Shown: piece by piece, positions 39,665 through 48,441 of the stretch
Layout of the letters: each line of letters starts with the position of its first letter
Numbering within the stretch: position 1 is the stretch's first letter
Virus record (IMG/VR): IMGVR_UViG_3300014913_000011
Location: 8,414-72,413 of that record
Source: a virus
Length of the DNA stretch: 64,000 nucleotides
Direction: 5' to 3' (one strand)
Position numbers and translations under genes: made by a program
Notes under the pieces: model-generated
What the model saw: the letters and a program-made list of their open reading frames with translations, nothing else
Databases searched by the model: none
Told to the model about the DNA's origin: nothing

Positions 39665-40533
39665 AGTCTTCTCTCTTGTATAAAGTATATTAATTTAGTT
39701 AAACGCAGAAAAGAATTATCGGAATCTAAAAAATTAGAAAAAACTTTGTCGATGTAGTCAGTTATATCTAATAAATTTTGGAAACCATATCTATTAGCTA
39801 CAGCTCTATCTTGAGATATGAAATACCCATTCCTGTCCCAGTGTATTTTTGCCTGGTCTAAGCTACCTAATGATAGGGCTATGTAAGAGTTTAATCGCTT
39901 TATTAGTGTAGCCCTTAGTACTTGTATCGGTACAGTCTCTATTTTCTTTGCAAATAAATAACAATCTTCTCTGCCTTCAAATAGGGATGTTATGAAATCC
40001 AATACATCAAAATTTGCTTTATAAATAGATACAGATCCCAAAGCCTCTTCTTCGGACATTACTTCTAAAGCTGTACTGAATCTTCTCAGTTCATTATGTA
40101 CACTCTGTTTATTATCGGATGAAACCATTGTAAAAAAATCTAGGTGTTTAACCGATATATTAAATTCCTTAAATAATTTCTTTAAGAACGCCTTTTTAGA
40201 CTTCTTTACAGATAAATCTACACATTCCTCAAGATTTGATAACCTTTTTAATCTTTTATAGAGCTTCTTTCGTTTATCTAATTTCCCTACTACCCAAATA
40301 ACTTCAGTCTGAAAAGGTGCTTCTAGTATTGATAATAATTTAACTGCATCAAACTTATCTACCCCAACAAAACCTGTAACTCCTGAGGTGTTAAGTAAGT
40401 TAGGCTGATGCATTAAGACAAATTGCTCAAAAGACAAATCTGAGCAGTACTGTAATTTAATATTTTCAAAGTCATTCCTTACTTCAAACAATGAACTATC
40501 CAATGACTCAGATATAAAAACTTTTTTAAGCAT
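39661..40533 (-). CDS. holA: DNA polymerase III delta (HolA)-like clamp loader subunit
   Basis: KLDKRKKLYKRLK, NELRRF and FDVLDFITSL motifs; coupled to the dnaX-like gene. Confidence 0.6.
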   Translation of the reverse strand: MLKKVFISESLDSSLFEVRNDFENIKLQYCSDLSFEQFVLMHQPNLLNTSGVTGFVGVDKFDAVKLLSILEAPFQTEVIWVVGKLDKRKKLYKRLKRLSNLEECVDLSVKKSKKAFLKKLFKEFNISVKHLDFFTMVSSDNKQSVHNELRRFSTALEVMSEEEALGSVSIYKANFDVLDFITSLFEGREDCYLFAKKIETVPIQVLRATLIKRLNSYIALSLGSLDQAKIHWDRNGYFISQDRAVANRYGFQNLLDITDYIDKVFSNFLDSDNSFLRLTKLIYFIQERRL

Positions 40534-41599
40534 CCTTCCACAACCTAGCTAATTCCACTGGTATCATGTCCACTACTGCAGACTTGTTACTAGTTTTTTT
40601 AAGTTTAAGTTCTATATCTAAGGATTTTTCCCAAAGTTTGTGAACCCTGTTTCCTATGAAAGCTTGAAAGGCTTTATCACTCATATTACATTCCGGGAAC
40701 TTGGCCCATATTTTTCCGAGTAAATCGTCAATGTTACTCTTTAGTTCGGGAACTAAGTCTTTAGCTGCAAACCCAAGTCTTAAATCTGCAGTAAACTGTT
40801 GCAACCTATGAATACCTTGTACTGGATCTACAATTTCTGGACTAAATACCTTAGATTGTTTTCTCATTTCGAAAAAGTCTTGAAATAAATATGCGTACAT
40901 GAGGCTTGATAAGTTCTTTGAACTTACTACTCCTAAAGTCTTTGTGATGTCTAATTCAGTTTCGTCATTTGCATGTAAGGTTAAAATCTTCTGGAGAGCC
41001 ACGATAGCCCCCCGCATAGATCCTTCTCCAGATTCTACAGCCAAATCAATTAAAGCTTGAGGTAGTTTCTTTTTCTCTAATTTTAGTATCTCTTTTAACC
41101 TAATATCAATTATACTATTAGGTATTCGGTTAAATCTATGTAATTCACATCTTGACTGAACAGTGCTAGGTATCTTCTCTTTCTCAGTAGTAATGAAGAT
41201 GAACCTAACTCCTGGTGGAGGTTCCTCTATGGTTTTTAAAAGTGAGTCAAATCCAGCTGCACTGATTCTATGGGCTTCATCAAAAATGTAAGTTTTACAA
41301 TCACCTTCTATCGGATGATGTACTATCTCCAGTTTTAATGCACGAATATTATCTATTTTACCGTCACTAGCAGAATCCTTCTCAATTGTTCCGCAGGGAT
41401 GTTCATTTAACACTTTACCTATAATCCTACCTAAGGTCGTTTTCCCTGTTCCTGGAGGTCCATACAGTAAGATACTCTTAGGAAGTACATTTTCCTTTAA
41501 ATATTGCTTTATTACTTTAGTGACACTTTCTTGGCCTGAAATATCTCCTAAATTGTCTGGGCGATATTTAAGATCTAAATCCAACTCAAATTCTGACAT
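40526..41599 (-). CDS. dnaX: DnaX (gamma/tau)-like clamp loader ATPase
   Basis: KYRP, GQE, GPPGTGKTT, IFDEAH, LLKTIEEPP, TVQSRC, GSMR. Confidence 0.93.
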   Translation of the reverse strand: MSEFELDLDLKYRPDNLGDISGQESVTKVIKQYLKENVLPKSILLYGPPGTGKTTLGRIIGKVLNEHPCGTIEKDSASDGKIDNIRALKLEIVHHPIEGDCKTYIFDEAHRISAAGFDSLLKTIEEPPPGVRFIFITTEKEKIPSTVQSRCELHRFNRIPNSIIDIRLKEILKLEKKKLPQALIDLAVESGEGSMRGAIVALQKILTLHANDETELDITKTLGVVSSKNLSSLMYAYLFQDFFEMRKQSKVFSPEIVDPVQGIHRLQQFTADLRLGFAAKDLVPELKSNIDDLLGKIWAKFPECNMSDKAFQAFIGNRVHKLWEKSLDIELKLKKTSNKSAVVDMIPVELARLWKDA

Positions 41600-41627
41600 G
41601 CTAGCTCCAATTAGTAAAACTAAAGTT

Positions 41628-41656
41628 AGTATACCTGAATTCTAAAGTTAAATCAA
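41628..41656 (-). promoter_or_regulatory. Sigma70-type promoter TTGATT-17-TATACT
   Basis: Exact 17-nt spacing, upstream of dnaX. Confidence 0.6.
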
Positions 41657-41661
41657 CTTGA

Positions 41662-42189
41662 CTATTGCAATAATTTTATATTTCGGAACTTTGTTAGAAT
41701 ACTTTCTGGCTTAATATCTAAGGAGATAACTGCATGTCCGTCTCCAGTAGATTTCTCATGTATGACAGCTTTCTGTCCGGGATTAATTGCCTTTAGAGCC
41801 ATATATTCCTCATCTGGATCAAAAAATAATTTTAATCCAATAGTGGTATCTTTTGAACCATTTTTTTCTTCAGTAATATCTAGTACTTGTCTCTTTTTTA
41901 AGTAAAATGCATCTGAAATTTGAGTCGAATAAAGATCTAGTTCTTTCTCCCAAGTACTTATTCCCAAATCTTCTTGAAGTGCTTTAGCTATTCCCACACT
42001 TAGGAACAATCTTCCAATAACTAAATAGAGTGGCCTTAATCCTCTTTCTTCGGATGTTCTAATTAATTCATCAAGATCTGAAATAATTTCAGATTCTAAC
42101 TCTTTTGAACCTAATAATTTTAAACTGGGCTGGAATTCCTCTAATTCATTTGAAACTGCAATTTCTACTTTACAAGCATCTTCTTTCAT
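41662..42189 (-). CDS. Hypothetical protein
   Basis: 175-aa ORF abutting the upstream gene. Confidence 0.65.
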   Translation of the reverse strand: MKEDACKVEIAVSNELEEFQPSLKLLGSKELESEIISDLDELIRTSEERGLRPLYLVIGRLFLSVGIAKALQEDLGISTWEKELDLYSTQISDAFYLKKRQVLDITEEKNGSKDTTIGLKLFFDPDEEYMALKAINPGQKAVIHEKSTGDGHAVISLDIKPESILTKFRNIKLLQ

Positions 42190-42423
42190 TTATTCAGACT
42201 CTAGCCTATCAGGGATTTTGCCTTCTTCTACAAATCTTGTATATGTTTCTGGTGAAATTTTCCAACTCTTGGTTATCTTATCAAGGCACCAGACACCTTC
42301 GCAGGTGTTGCATACAAACCACTTTCGTGTACCATCATATGTTAACAACGTACTTTTATACTCTGGATGAGTACTAGGTAAAAGGTCTAAGTCATTATCG
42401 CAATATGGACATTTTAACTCCAT
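42190..42423 (-). CDS. Zn-ribbon protein
   Basis: CPYC...CNTC. Confidence 0.65.
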   Translation of the reverse strand: MELKCPYCDNDLDLLPSTHPEYKSTLLTYDGTRKWFVCNTCEGVWCLDKITKSWKISPETYTRFVEEGKIPDRLESE

Positions 42424-42440
42424 TAGTTGTTACCTACCTT

Positions 42441-42469
42441 AAAAGTACCCTCTAATTAAAGAGGGTACC
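42441..42469 (-). terminator. Intrinsic terminator
   Basis: GTACCCTC...GAGGGTAC perfect stem plus TTTT. Confidence 0.75.
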
Positions 42470-42479
42470 TATCATATTC

Positions 42480-42722
42480 TTAGCTGTATACTGCACTTGA
42501 TATATAAGCACCAGCGACAACAATTTTCATCTTACTCTCAGTTGAATCAAAGACCGTACTTCCCTCAGGAAGCTTAGCTGGATCTGGAAGATCTGCAGTA
42601 GCTGCTACTAGAATTAACCCCGTAGCCTTACTTTGTATTCCACCTTCAGCTTGTACAACGCCTTTAATCTTTCTTACAGTTGATTCAGGTCTAACACCTT
42701 TGTAATCTTGATTACCTGCCAT
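42480..42722 (-). CDS. Small protein, likely late/virion
   Basis: AGGAG SD, own terminator, TGTACTAT upstream; EGSTVFDSTESKMKIVVAG fiber-type motif. Confidence 0.65.
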   Translation of the reverse strand: MAGNQDYKGVRPESTVRKIKGVVQAEGGIQSKATGLILVAATADLPDPAKLPEGSTVFDSTESKMKIVVAGAYISSAVYS

Positions 42723-42824
42723 AATTATGTACTCCTAAAATTTTCTATATATAGAATCACTTCTTACACTGCATTTACAGTTTCAGAAGTTCAATATTCA
42801 GTATTCATATAGTACACAAATGTT

Positions 42825-43085
42825 TTATTTGGGACGTTTTGATAATTCGTGATTTACTGCATCTTTAACTTGTTTAGTTAATTCAAGTAGTTGCTCTTCT
42901 GAGAGTTGTGAGAGGAACTCGATTCTATCTCGTATAATAAGCATAGTGCCAGCTTCCACTTGGTTACCTTCAGCATCTAATACCAGATACTTACTATCTG
43001 CCCATTGAACTATAAACCCATTCGTATAGTCCTTATCATATTTTGGACATCTTTGTACAATAGTTGTTGTTTTAGTTTCTTTCAT
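42825..43085 (-). CDS. Hypothetical protein
   Basis: 86-aa ORF within an operon. Confidence 0.6.
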   Translation of the reverse strand: MKETKTTTIVQRCPKYDKDYTNGFIVQWADSKYLVLDAEGNQVEAGTMLIIRDRIEFLSQLSEEQLLELTKQVKDAVNHELSKRPK

Positions 43086-43088
43086 ATT

Positions 43089-43346
43089 TTAATAATCTTC
43101 AATAAAAAGAAAATCTATATCTTCAGCTACTTTAAATAGTTCTATCCACTTACGTTTGATTTCCAATTTCTCTTTAGTAGGTAACTTTCGCACCTTACCA
43201 GACATGCTGTCTTCGAAATTTTTAAATTTTCTTCTCCCTTCTAATCTATCAAGATCAGCACAAAGTGAAACAATGTTATCAAAAGTGGATTCAACCTCAT
43301 TAAGATCATAATCATTGAACTTTTCTAGTAGTCTTTGTCCTAACAT
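43089..43346 (-). CDS. Hypothetical protein
   Basis: 85-aa ORF downstream of a sigma70-type promoter. Confidence 0.6.
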   Translation of the reverse strand: MLGQRLLEKFNDYDLNEVESTFDNIVSLCADLDRLEGRRKFKNFEDSMSGKVRKLPTKEKLEIKRKWIELFKVAEDIDFLFIEDY

Positions 43347-43360
43347 ATTAATTGTTATAT

Positions 43361-43389
43361 AGTATAATTTAATTTGCTTCTTTAGTCAA
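43361..43389 (-). promoter_or_regulatory. Sigma70-type promoter TTGACT-17-TATACT
   Basis: -35 at 43389-43384, -10 at 43366-43361. Confidence 0.7.
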
Positions 43390-44203
43390 CATGTAAAATT
43401 TTATGAACCTTTTTACAAGACCTATACATTTGATTTTTAATAGAATATTGAGTTAAACTGGGTAGTTCCAGACACGTAATAGAGCCTTTAGGCCGAAAAC
43501 TTTTAGTATCAATGCCAATTCGATCATACTTAGGAGTACCTGTCCTCGACTTTATAAAACGAGGTTTGTTGTAAGAGGTATGTCCATGAATCACCGTTTT
43601 TCCAAAATCTAAATCAGATATTAAAAAACTATTCCTTATCCATAATAAATCCTCAGAAGCTTGATCTTCAACTTTTACACCTGGCATAAGACCAGCATGT
43701 ACAAAAATATAATCATCAGTCTCTAACATTAGATTTAGACTATTTAAAAATTTTAAATGATCTATAGGAAATTTCTTACGCATAGTTTTTGGTGAATCTA
43801 GATGCATAATACTCTCACCAGTGTGGTAACACATTCCAACTTTGCCTTGAAGTCCATAACTCTTATAGAACATGTCTCCACCATTTACCATATGCCATTG
43901 ACCGAAAGTTTCTCCAGGGTATCCTAAAAACCCAAGTGCCATTGACTCATGATTACCTTTTAAAAAATAAGCAGAACTACCTAATTCTTTCTTTACCTTT
44001 AATAATATATCTATTACATTAGAAGAACTAGGACCTCTATCAATATAATCACCCAGAAAAACCAGTAAATCTTCACCTACTTTAAACTTTTCTGTATTAA
44101 CTACATGATCTAATAAAATACTTAACTCTATAAATTGGCCATGAATATCTCCAATAGCAAATATTCTACCTTTAGGGTTTGGTAGTCTGATACGACTGTT
44201 CAT
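43382..44203 (-). CDS. Ser/Thr protein phosphatase (metallophosphoesterase, lambda PP/PrpA-like)
   Basis: GDIHG, GDYIDRG, GNHE, FVHAG, LLWIR, HGHT, IDT. Confidence 0.92.
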   Translation of the reverse strand: MNSRIRLPNPKGRIFAIGDIHGQFIELSILLDHVVNTEKFKVGEDLLVFLGDYIDRGPSSSNVIDILLKVKKELGSSAYFLKGNHESMALGFLGYPGETFGQWHMVNGGDMFYKSYGLQGKVGMCYHTGESIMHLDSPKTMRKKFPIDHLKFLNSLNLMLETDDYIFVHAGLMPGVKVEDQASEDLLWIRNSFLISDLDFGKTVIHGHTSYNKPRFIKSRTGTPKYDRIGIDTKSFRPKGSITCLELPSLTQYSIKNQMYRSCKKVHKILHVD

Positions 44204-44454
44204 TTTCTATATTGCCAGTATCCTTCAGATGGTTTAAATCTCCACCAGGTATATTCTTTAGTAGTTATCCATCTTCTAGATTTTTCACTGCAATATACAG
44301 TAGTTGCTGCACTTGGATGTTTGAATCCACAGTATGGACACATGCCTATAGAGTAAAACTCTTCATGATCAGTTAGAATAGTATCACATTCTATGCAGCA
44401 TGAAACTAATTGCCAACATCCTACCTTAATTGCATCTTTTGGCACTTCTTTCAT
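44200..44454 (-). CDS. Zn-finger protein (paralog of 44451..44750)
   Basis: CIEC...CPYCG...GYWQ. Confidence 0.7.
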   Translation of the reverse strand: MKEVPKDAIKVGCWQLVSCCIECDTILTDHEEFYSIGMCPYCGFKHPSAATTVYCSEKSRRWITTKEYTWWRFKPSEGYWQYRK

Positions 44455-44750
44455 AAGAATTTTCCATACTTAGTAATTTTTACAATATCTCTATCCCAAT
44501 TTTCGTCTAGTCTAGATTTAACTTGCCAGTATCCCATGTTATTCCATTTCCAGAATTTCCATAAGGGTTCAGTTCTTATAAACCTCTTAGATGAGTGGAA
44601 TACCTTATCACCCACAAATTTTGAAATACATCCACAATATCTGCAGACTTCCTGAGCATGGTAGATTTCATTATAGGTTAAGTGATGATTGCATTCAATA
44701 CAAGCTCTAGTATCTCGCCATTTGCCAATTTGATAAATTTTTTCTGTCAT
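44451..44750 (-). CDS. Zn-finger protein (paralog of 44200..44454)
   Basis: CIEC...CRYCG...GYWQ; start MTEKIY with GAGGG SD. Confidence 0.7.
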   Translation of the reverse strand: MTEKIYQIGKWRDTRACIECNHHLTYNEIYHAQEVCRYCGCISKFVGDKVFHSSKRFIRTEPLWKFWKWNNMGYWQVKSRLDENWDRDIVKITKYGKFL

Positions 44751-44766
44751 ATTTATTTCCCTCATC

Positions 44767-44860
44767 AAAAGAAATACACGGACACAGTGCTAACACACTT
44801 GGAATTAATAGGAGCTGATAGATGATGAGGAATTAAGTAGTCTTTCCTGCCCCCGTGTAT
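44767..44860 (-). ncRNA. Candidate small RNA or structured leader (~90 nt, paired ends)
   Basis: Begins 7 nt after TTGACA-17-TATTCT; 5' AUACACGGGGGCAG pairs with 3' CUGUGUCCGUGUAU, followed by UUCUUUU. Confidence 0.5.
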
Positions 44861-44866
44861 GTTATT

Positions 44867-44895
44867 AGAATAACCTTTCTAGAGCTACTTGTCAA
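44867..44895 (-). promoter_or_regulatory. Sigma70-type promoter TTGACA-17-TATTCT
   Basis: -35 at 44895-44890, -10 at 44872-44867. Confidence 0.65.
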
Positions 44896-44915
44896 GTGTT
44901 CTTAAGTGAATAATT

Positions 44916-45179
44916 TTATTTTATTTCTTCGTCATCTGCTTGAAGTGGGATACTGCGAGTTGAGGCAGTATTTTTATGAATTTTTACTCCGTAGGAAGAA
45001 ACATCAATCGACTCGGAGTGACTTAAAATTTTATGGAAAGCTTTTATTAGTTCAGATTTAATTTGATTATCTGACATGCCTTCAGGAAATATTTCTAAAT
45101 CACCTAGGTTAATTCTTGCTGAAATTGAAAATTCTACTAAGATTTCATCTGAAATTATGTAAGATTTTTTATTTGACAT
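44916..45179 (-). CDS. Hypothetical protein
   Basis: AGGGG SD; TGTACTAT upstream. Confidence 0.6.
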   Translation of the reverse strand: MSNKKSYIISDEILVEFSISARINLGDLEIFPEGMSDNQIKSELIKAFHKILSHSESIDVSSYGVKIHKNTASTRSIPLQADDEEIK

Positions 45180-45209
45180 AGATTGTTCCCCTGTATTGTA
45201 TATAGTACA

Positions 45210-45500
45210 TGGATTAGTTGAGATTTACCTAATTAATTTAACTAGTTATACCTATAAAATCTATAAGTATTTAATATCATTAGGAATTCACACTTATTTT
45301 ATATTAAATAATATTAAATATAAATAAATAATACTAATATGTTTTATATAGCTTTCGATTTTTTACTGGACCCATACTAAGTACTTGATTTTAGGTAGGT
45401 TATAAAGATATTCATCATTTAGAGTAACTTATCCCGATTTTATACTAATTTTAATAATATTTCGTATTTTGTATTGAGCGTTCATGCTTGGTTTTCTTAA
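45210..45500. other. AT-rich non-coding strand-switch region (candidate origin or divergent control region)
   Basis: Gene orientation flips here; ATATTAAATA tandem at about 45301-45330. Confidence 0.45.
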
Positions 45501-45618
45501 ATTCGCTCATATTTGCCTTCTATGGTCCTTTTGTGGATTCTACATTGTCCGGGGTAGGTTTACAAGTTTCTCCTTGATAGCAGTAGACAGGGGACTGATT
45601 TAGTGCTATCATTGGATC

Positions 45619-45828
45619 ATGTTTAAAGCATATTCCGTATTCATATCCGAAGCTCGAAGGGAGGGAGCCTACTTGGTGAGCTGTCCAGAACTGTTTAATG
45701 ATTGGCTTGAGATAGATCCTGAAAAGCAAAGTATATTTGAGGCTATTGAGCTGGTTTTAATAGCTAATTTAGAAATTGAAAACTTTAGTTTAGTATTTTT
45801 TGGTGAGACCTATTCATTAGCTATTTGA
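45619..45828 (+). CDS. HicB-like small protein
   Basis: YSVFI...EGAYLVSCPEL...SIFEAIELVL resembles the HicB N-terminal domain. Confidence 0.4.
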   Translation: MFKAYSVFISEARREGAYLVSCPELFNDWLEIDPEKQSIFEAIELVLIANLEIENFSLVFFGETYSLAI

Positions 45829-45834
45829 AAATAG

Positions 45835-45863
45835 TTGACTTAATTGCTTTTTGTAAGTATACT
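45835..45863 (+). promoter_or_regulatory. Sigma70-type promoter TTGACT-17-TATACT
   Basis: Exact spacing, upstream of the exonuclease operon. Confidence 0.75.
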
Positions 45864-45894
45864 AGCTTTAATCAGTGTATAATGGAGATGATAG

Positions 45895-46602
45895 ATGGTT
45901 AAGAAAAGAAAACTAAGAACAAATTTCACGCATCCAATAGTGGTATTCGATACTGAAACGGGGGGGTTAAATTCAGATGTAGAAGTTAATTGGAACCTGA
46001 ATCTAGCATCAAAAATAGAAAAAGGGACAAAGATTGAAGGTACGGTTGCTAACCCTGCAGCCCCCGTTTTAGAAATAGCAGCTGTCGTTCTAAGTCCAAT
46101 AACCTTAAAAGAGATTGATTATTTTCACACCTATGTCGGACCAGACAACGGTCAGACTTTAGAAGAGTATTTAAATTTATGCCATCCAAAGGCTTTAAGT
46201 GTTAATGGATTCAATAAAGGCGAGAGACGAGAAGCCCTAAAGAACGCTCCCACAGCAAAGGAGGCTTTAAAGGACTGGGTTAATTGGCTACAATTTGGTC
46301 ATAGCTCACCACAAAAATTTCTACCTTGTGGACAGAACGTTCGTTTTGATATTGACATGATTAACTCTCTCGCTATGCGAAGTGGTGTGGATTTTCAATT
46401 TAGAACTAATCACATACTCGAATTAATTGCCTACTCATTAATTTATTTTTCACTTCCTAATACAGGTACTGTGGCTAATTATAAGTTAACTACAATAGCA
46501 GAATGTTTGGGAATCCCCACAGATCAAGCACACACTGCATTAGCAGATGTACGTATGACTGCGGATTGTTTACGCATTTTCCTAAAGGAGTTCACTGGAT
46601 AA
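45895..46602 (+). CDS. DEDDh 3'-5' exonuclease (DnaQ/epsilon-like)
   Basis: FDTETGG, GQNVRFD, AHTALADV. Confidence 0.9.
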   Translation: MVKKRKLRTNFTHPIVVFDTETGGLNSDVEVNWNLNLASKIEKGTKIEGTVANPAAPVLEIAAVVLSPITLKEIDYFHTYVGPDNGQTLEEYLNLCHPKALSVNGFNKGERREALKNAPTAKEALKDWVNWLQFGHSSPQKFLPCGQNVRFDIDMINSLAMRSGVDFQFRTNHILELIAYSLIYFSLPNTGTVANYKLTTIAECLGIPTDQAHTALADVRMTADCLRIFLKEFTG

Positions 46603-46832
46603 TGAGTAATGAGCCTATGGACTTAGACGATCACGAGGTAATGTTCACCTGGACTGATGATAGGTCACTTGTTATTGAGCTTATAGGAGCCGACGGGTCT
46701 CTAGTACAATATGAAATGGATCCTTCAGAAATACGTAGTCTTTTCAACTTCCTAAAAGAAAAAATGGAACCAATCGAAAAAATAACTAAAGTTCTGGGCA
46801 CAATTGCCGATAATAAACTTACAGACAAATAA
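46602..46832 (+). CDS. Hypothetical protein
   Basis: Start reassigned to the ATG overlapping the upstream TAA (MSNEPMDL), with AAGGAG SD. Confidence 0.6.
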   Translation: MSNEPMDLDDHEVMFTWTDDRSLVIELIGADGSLVQYEMDPSEIRSLFNFLKEKMEPIEKITKVLGTIADNKLTDK

Positions 46833-46874
46833 ACTTTAGTTTTACATAATTTAAAAATTTAAGGAACTAGAAAG

Positions 46875-48440
46875 ATGAGTTTAGATTTAACGAAATATAG
46901 AGCATCTACAATTGGACTTCATGGATTAGAAGACGAGTTTAAGCTTTGTCATATCCCATTCCTAGTAGTTAATGATGTCTATGGAGCCATTGCTCTTGAG
47001 GGTTCTTCAGGATCAGGTAAGACAACTCTTATTGATCGCCTAGGCAAACTAAATGCTCTGACTGAAGGGGGAGGCCCAGTTGGTATCTTCTCAGCAGATA
47101 AGGCTAGGTATGAAGATTTCATAGGATGTCCTATTCCCAACTTAGAAACTGGTCAGATGAAGATTTATCCGATGCCTAAATCTGTAACTACAATGCAAAC
47201 TCTACTAATTGATGAAATCAACAGAGCTTCCTATGAGAATCAAGAAAAATGGCTCTCCCTTCTCGCTAGTAGAAGAGTAGATGGACATGATACTCAGTGT
47301 AAGTATCTATTTGCAGCGATGAATCCAGTAGCTGGTGAGGGTGGAGATCAGTATGAAGGTACACAACCACTAGACAAGGCACTAGGTGAGAGAATTATGC
47401 TGTTAATTCAAATGCCTAAATTTAGTGACCTTCCGGCAAAAGACAAGATCAATATTATGACCGCATGTAAAAATCAAGTTCACTGGTCACCAACACCTGA
47501 ACTAGTAAGCTTACATACAGAGTTTCTAAAAAGAGCCAGGGATTTTTATGAAGAATACAAGGCAACTATTACTGATAAAGTAGCTAACTATATTTGTATG
47601 GTAGACAGTAAGATTGCAGCAGAATCTAGGGGAGAAGGAGGTCTAAAATTAGAAGGAAGAAGGGCACAGTTCATCTTAACAAATATTATTGCTAACCATG
47701 CTTTAAATAAAGTATACTATGATACAGCTAGCTTGGAAAATTCTGCTCTAGAAGCACTTATCAAGAGTTTTCCAAATGTACTTTGGCAGGCTTCTGTAAA
47801 TACAGTAGCTTTAAAGCAAGCCCATGATCTCTCTAGGGATATCCTCAACATGGATTCTGAAGAGCGGATTAAAGCACCTAATAACTACGATGGTTTAGAA
47901 GGCCCTCTAAAGGTAATTAAGAAAGCAGCTGAGGATGGAGAAAGTACCGAGCAACTATCAAAAATTATTAACCAAGAATGGCCTAGTAAAAAACTTGATC
48001 CAATTAACTACTATCTGTTTGCCATTGCTGCATCTATAGGCTTGGCGAAAAGTGAGGATTCTGATACCTCAAAGCCTGTGATAAAGAAAAACGAGTATGC
48101 CAGACTTGAAAAAATATATAAAAGCCTACTTACTACTGAAGCATATCTTGAGATGGATAAAGTTGTAGAGTATGCTAATAAAAATTCAGGAAGTTTTCCT
48201 ACGGATTACACTAGACCCGACTTCATAGAAAGAGACATTGATCCTGAAGCAATGGGCCTATTTGACCAGACCCTTGGAAACCTAGGAGTTGGGGGATATG
48301 CTTGCCTGGCAGTTTCGATAAGTGCTGAAGAATTAGTACATATTAAAGGTCTTCAAGATTATTTTCACATACTAAAAAAGATGTCTACATCAATTCGGGC
48401 ATTTCAAAAGATTAAAATAACTGTAAATAGTAGAGGTTAG
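46875..48440 (+). CDS. MoxR-like AAA+ ATPase
   Basis: GSSGSGKT, LLIDEINRA, AAMNP, Y.GTQPLDKALGER. Confidence 0.88.
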   Translation: MSLDLTKYRASTIGLHGLEDEFKLCHIPFLVVNDVYGAIALEGSSGSGKTTLIDRLGKLNALTEGGGPVGIFSADKARYEDFIGCPIPNLETGQMKIYPMPKSVTTMQTLLIDEINRASYENQEKWLSLLASRRVDGHDTQCKYLFAAMNPVAGEGGDQYEGTQPLDKALGERIMLLIQMPKFSDLPAKDKINIMTACKNQVHWSPTPELVSLHTEFLKRARDFYEEYKATITDKVANYICMVDSKIAAESRGEGGLKLEGRRAQFILTNIIANHALNKVYYDTASLENSALEALIKSFPNVLWQASVNTVALKQAHDLSRDILNMDSEERIKAPNNYDGLEGPLKVIKKAAEDGESTEQLSKIINQEWPSKKLDPINYYLFAIAASIGLAKSEDSDTSKPVIKKNEYARLEKIYKSLLTTEAYLEMDKVVEYANKNSGSFPTDYTRPDFIERDIDPEAMGLFDQTLGNLGVGGYACLAVSISAEELVHIKGLQDYFHILKKMSTSIRAFQKIKITVNSRG

Positions 48441-48441
48441 A

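Noticed and set aside
5004-44655. Many short plus-strand ORFs inside the minus-strand arm (for example 8657, 9539, 17182, 27548, 31747, 42105)
   Set aside because: They overlap well-supported minus-strand genes and show no recognisable motifs.
44767-44860. Hairpin RNA as a Y RNA, tRNA or known riboswitch
   Set aside because: It lacks the Ro60-binding bulged-helix consensus, a cloverleaf or T-loop, and any aptamer consensus I recognise; kept only as an unclassified candidate.
45520-45729. Minus-strand 69-aa ORF overlapping the HicB-like ORF
   Set aside because: No SD or motif, and it conflicts with the more protein-like plus-strand ORF.
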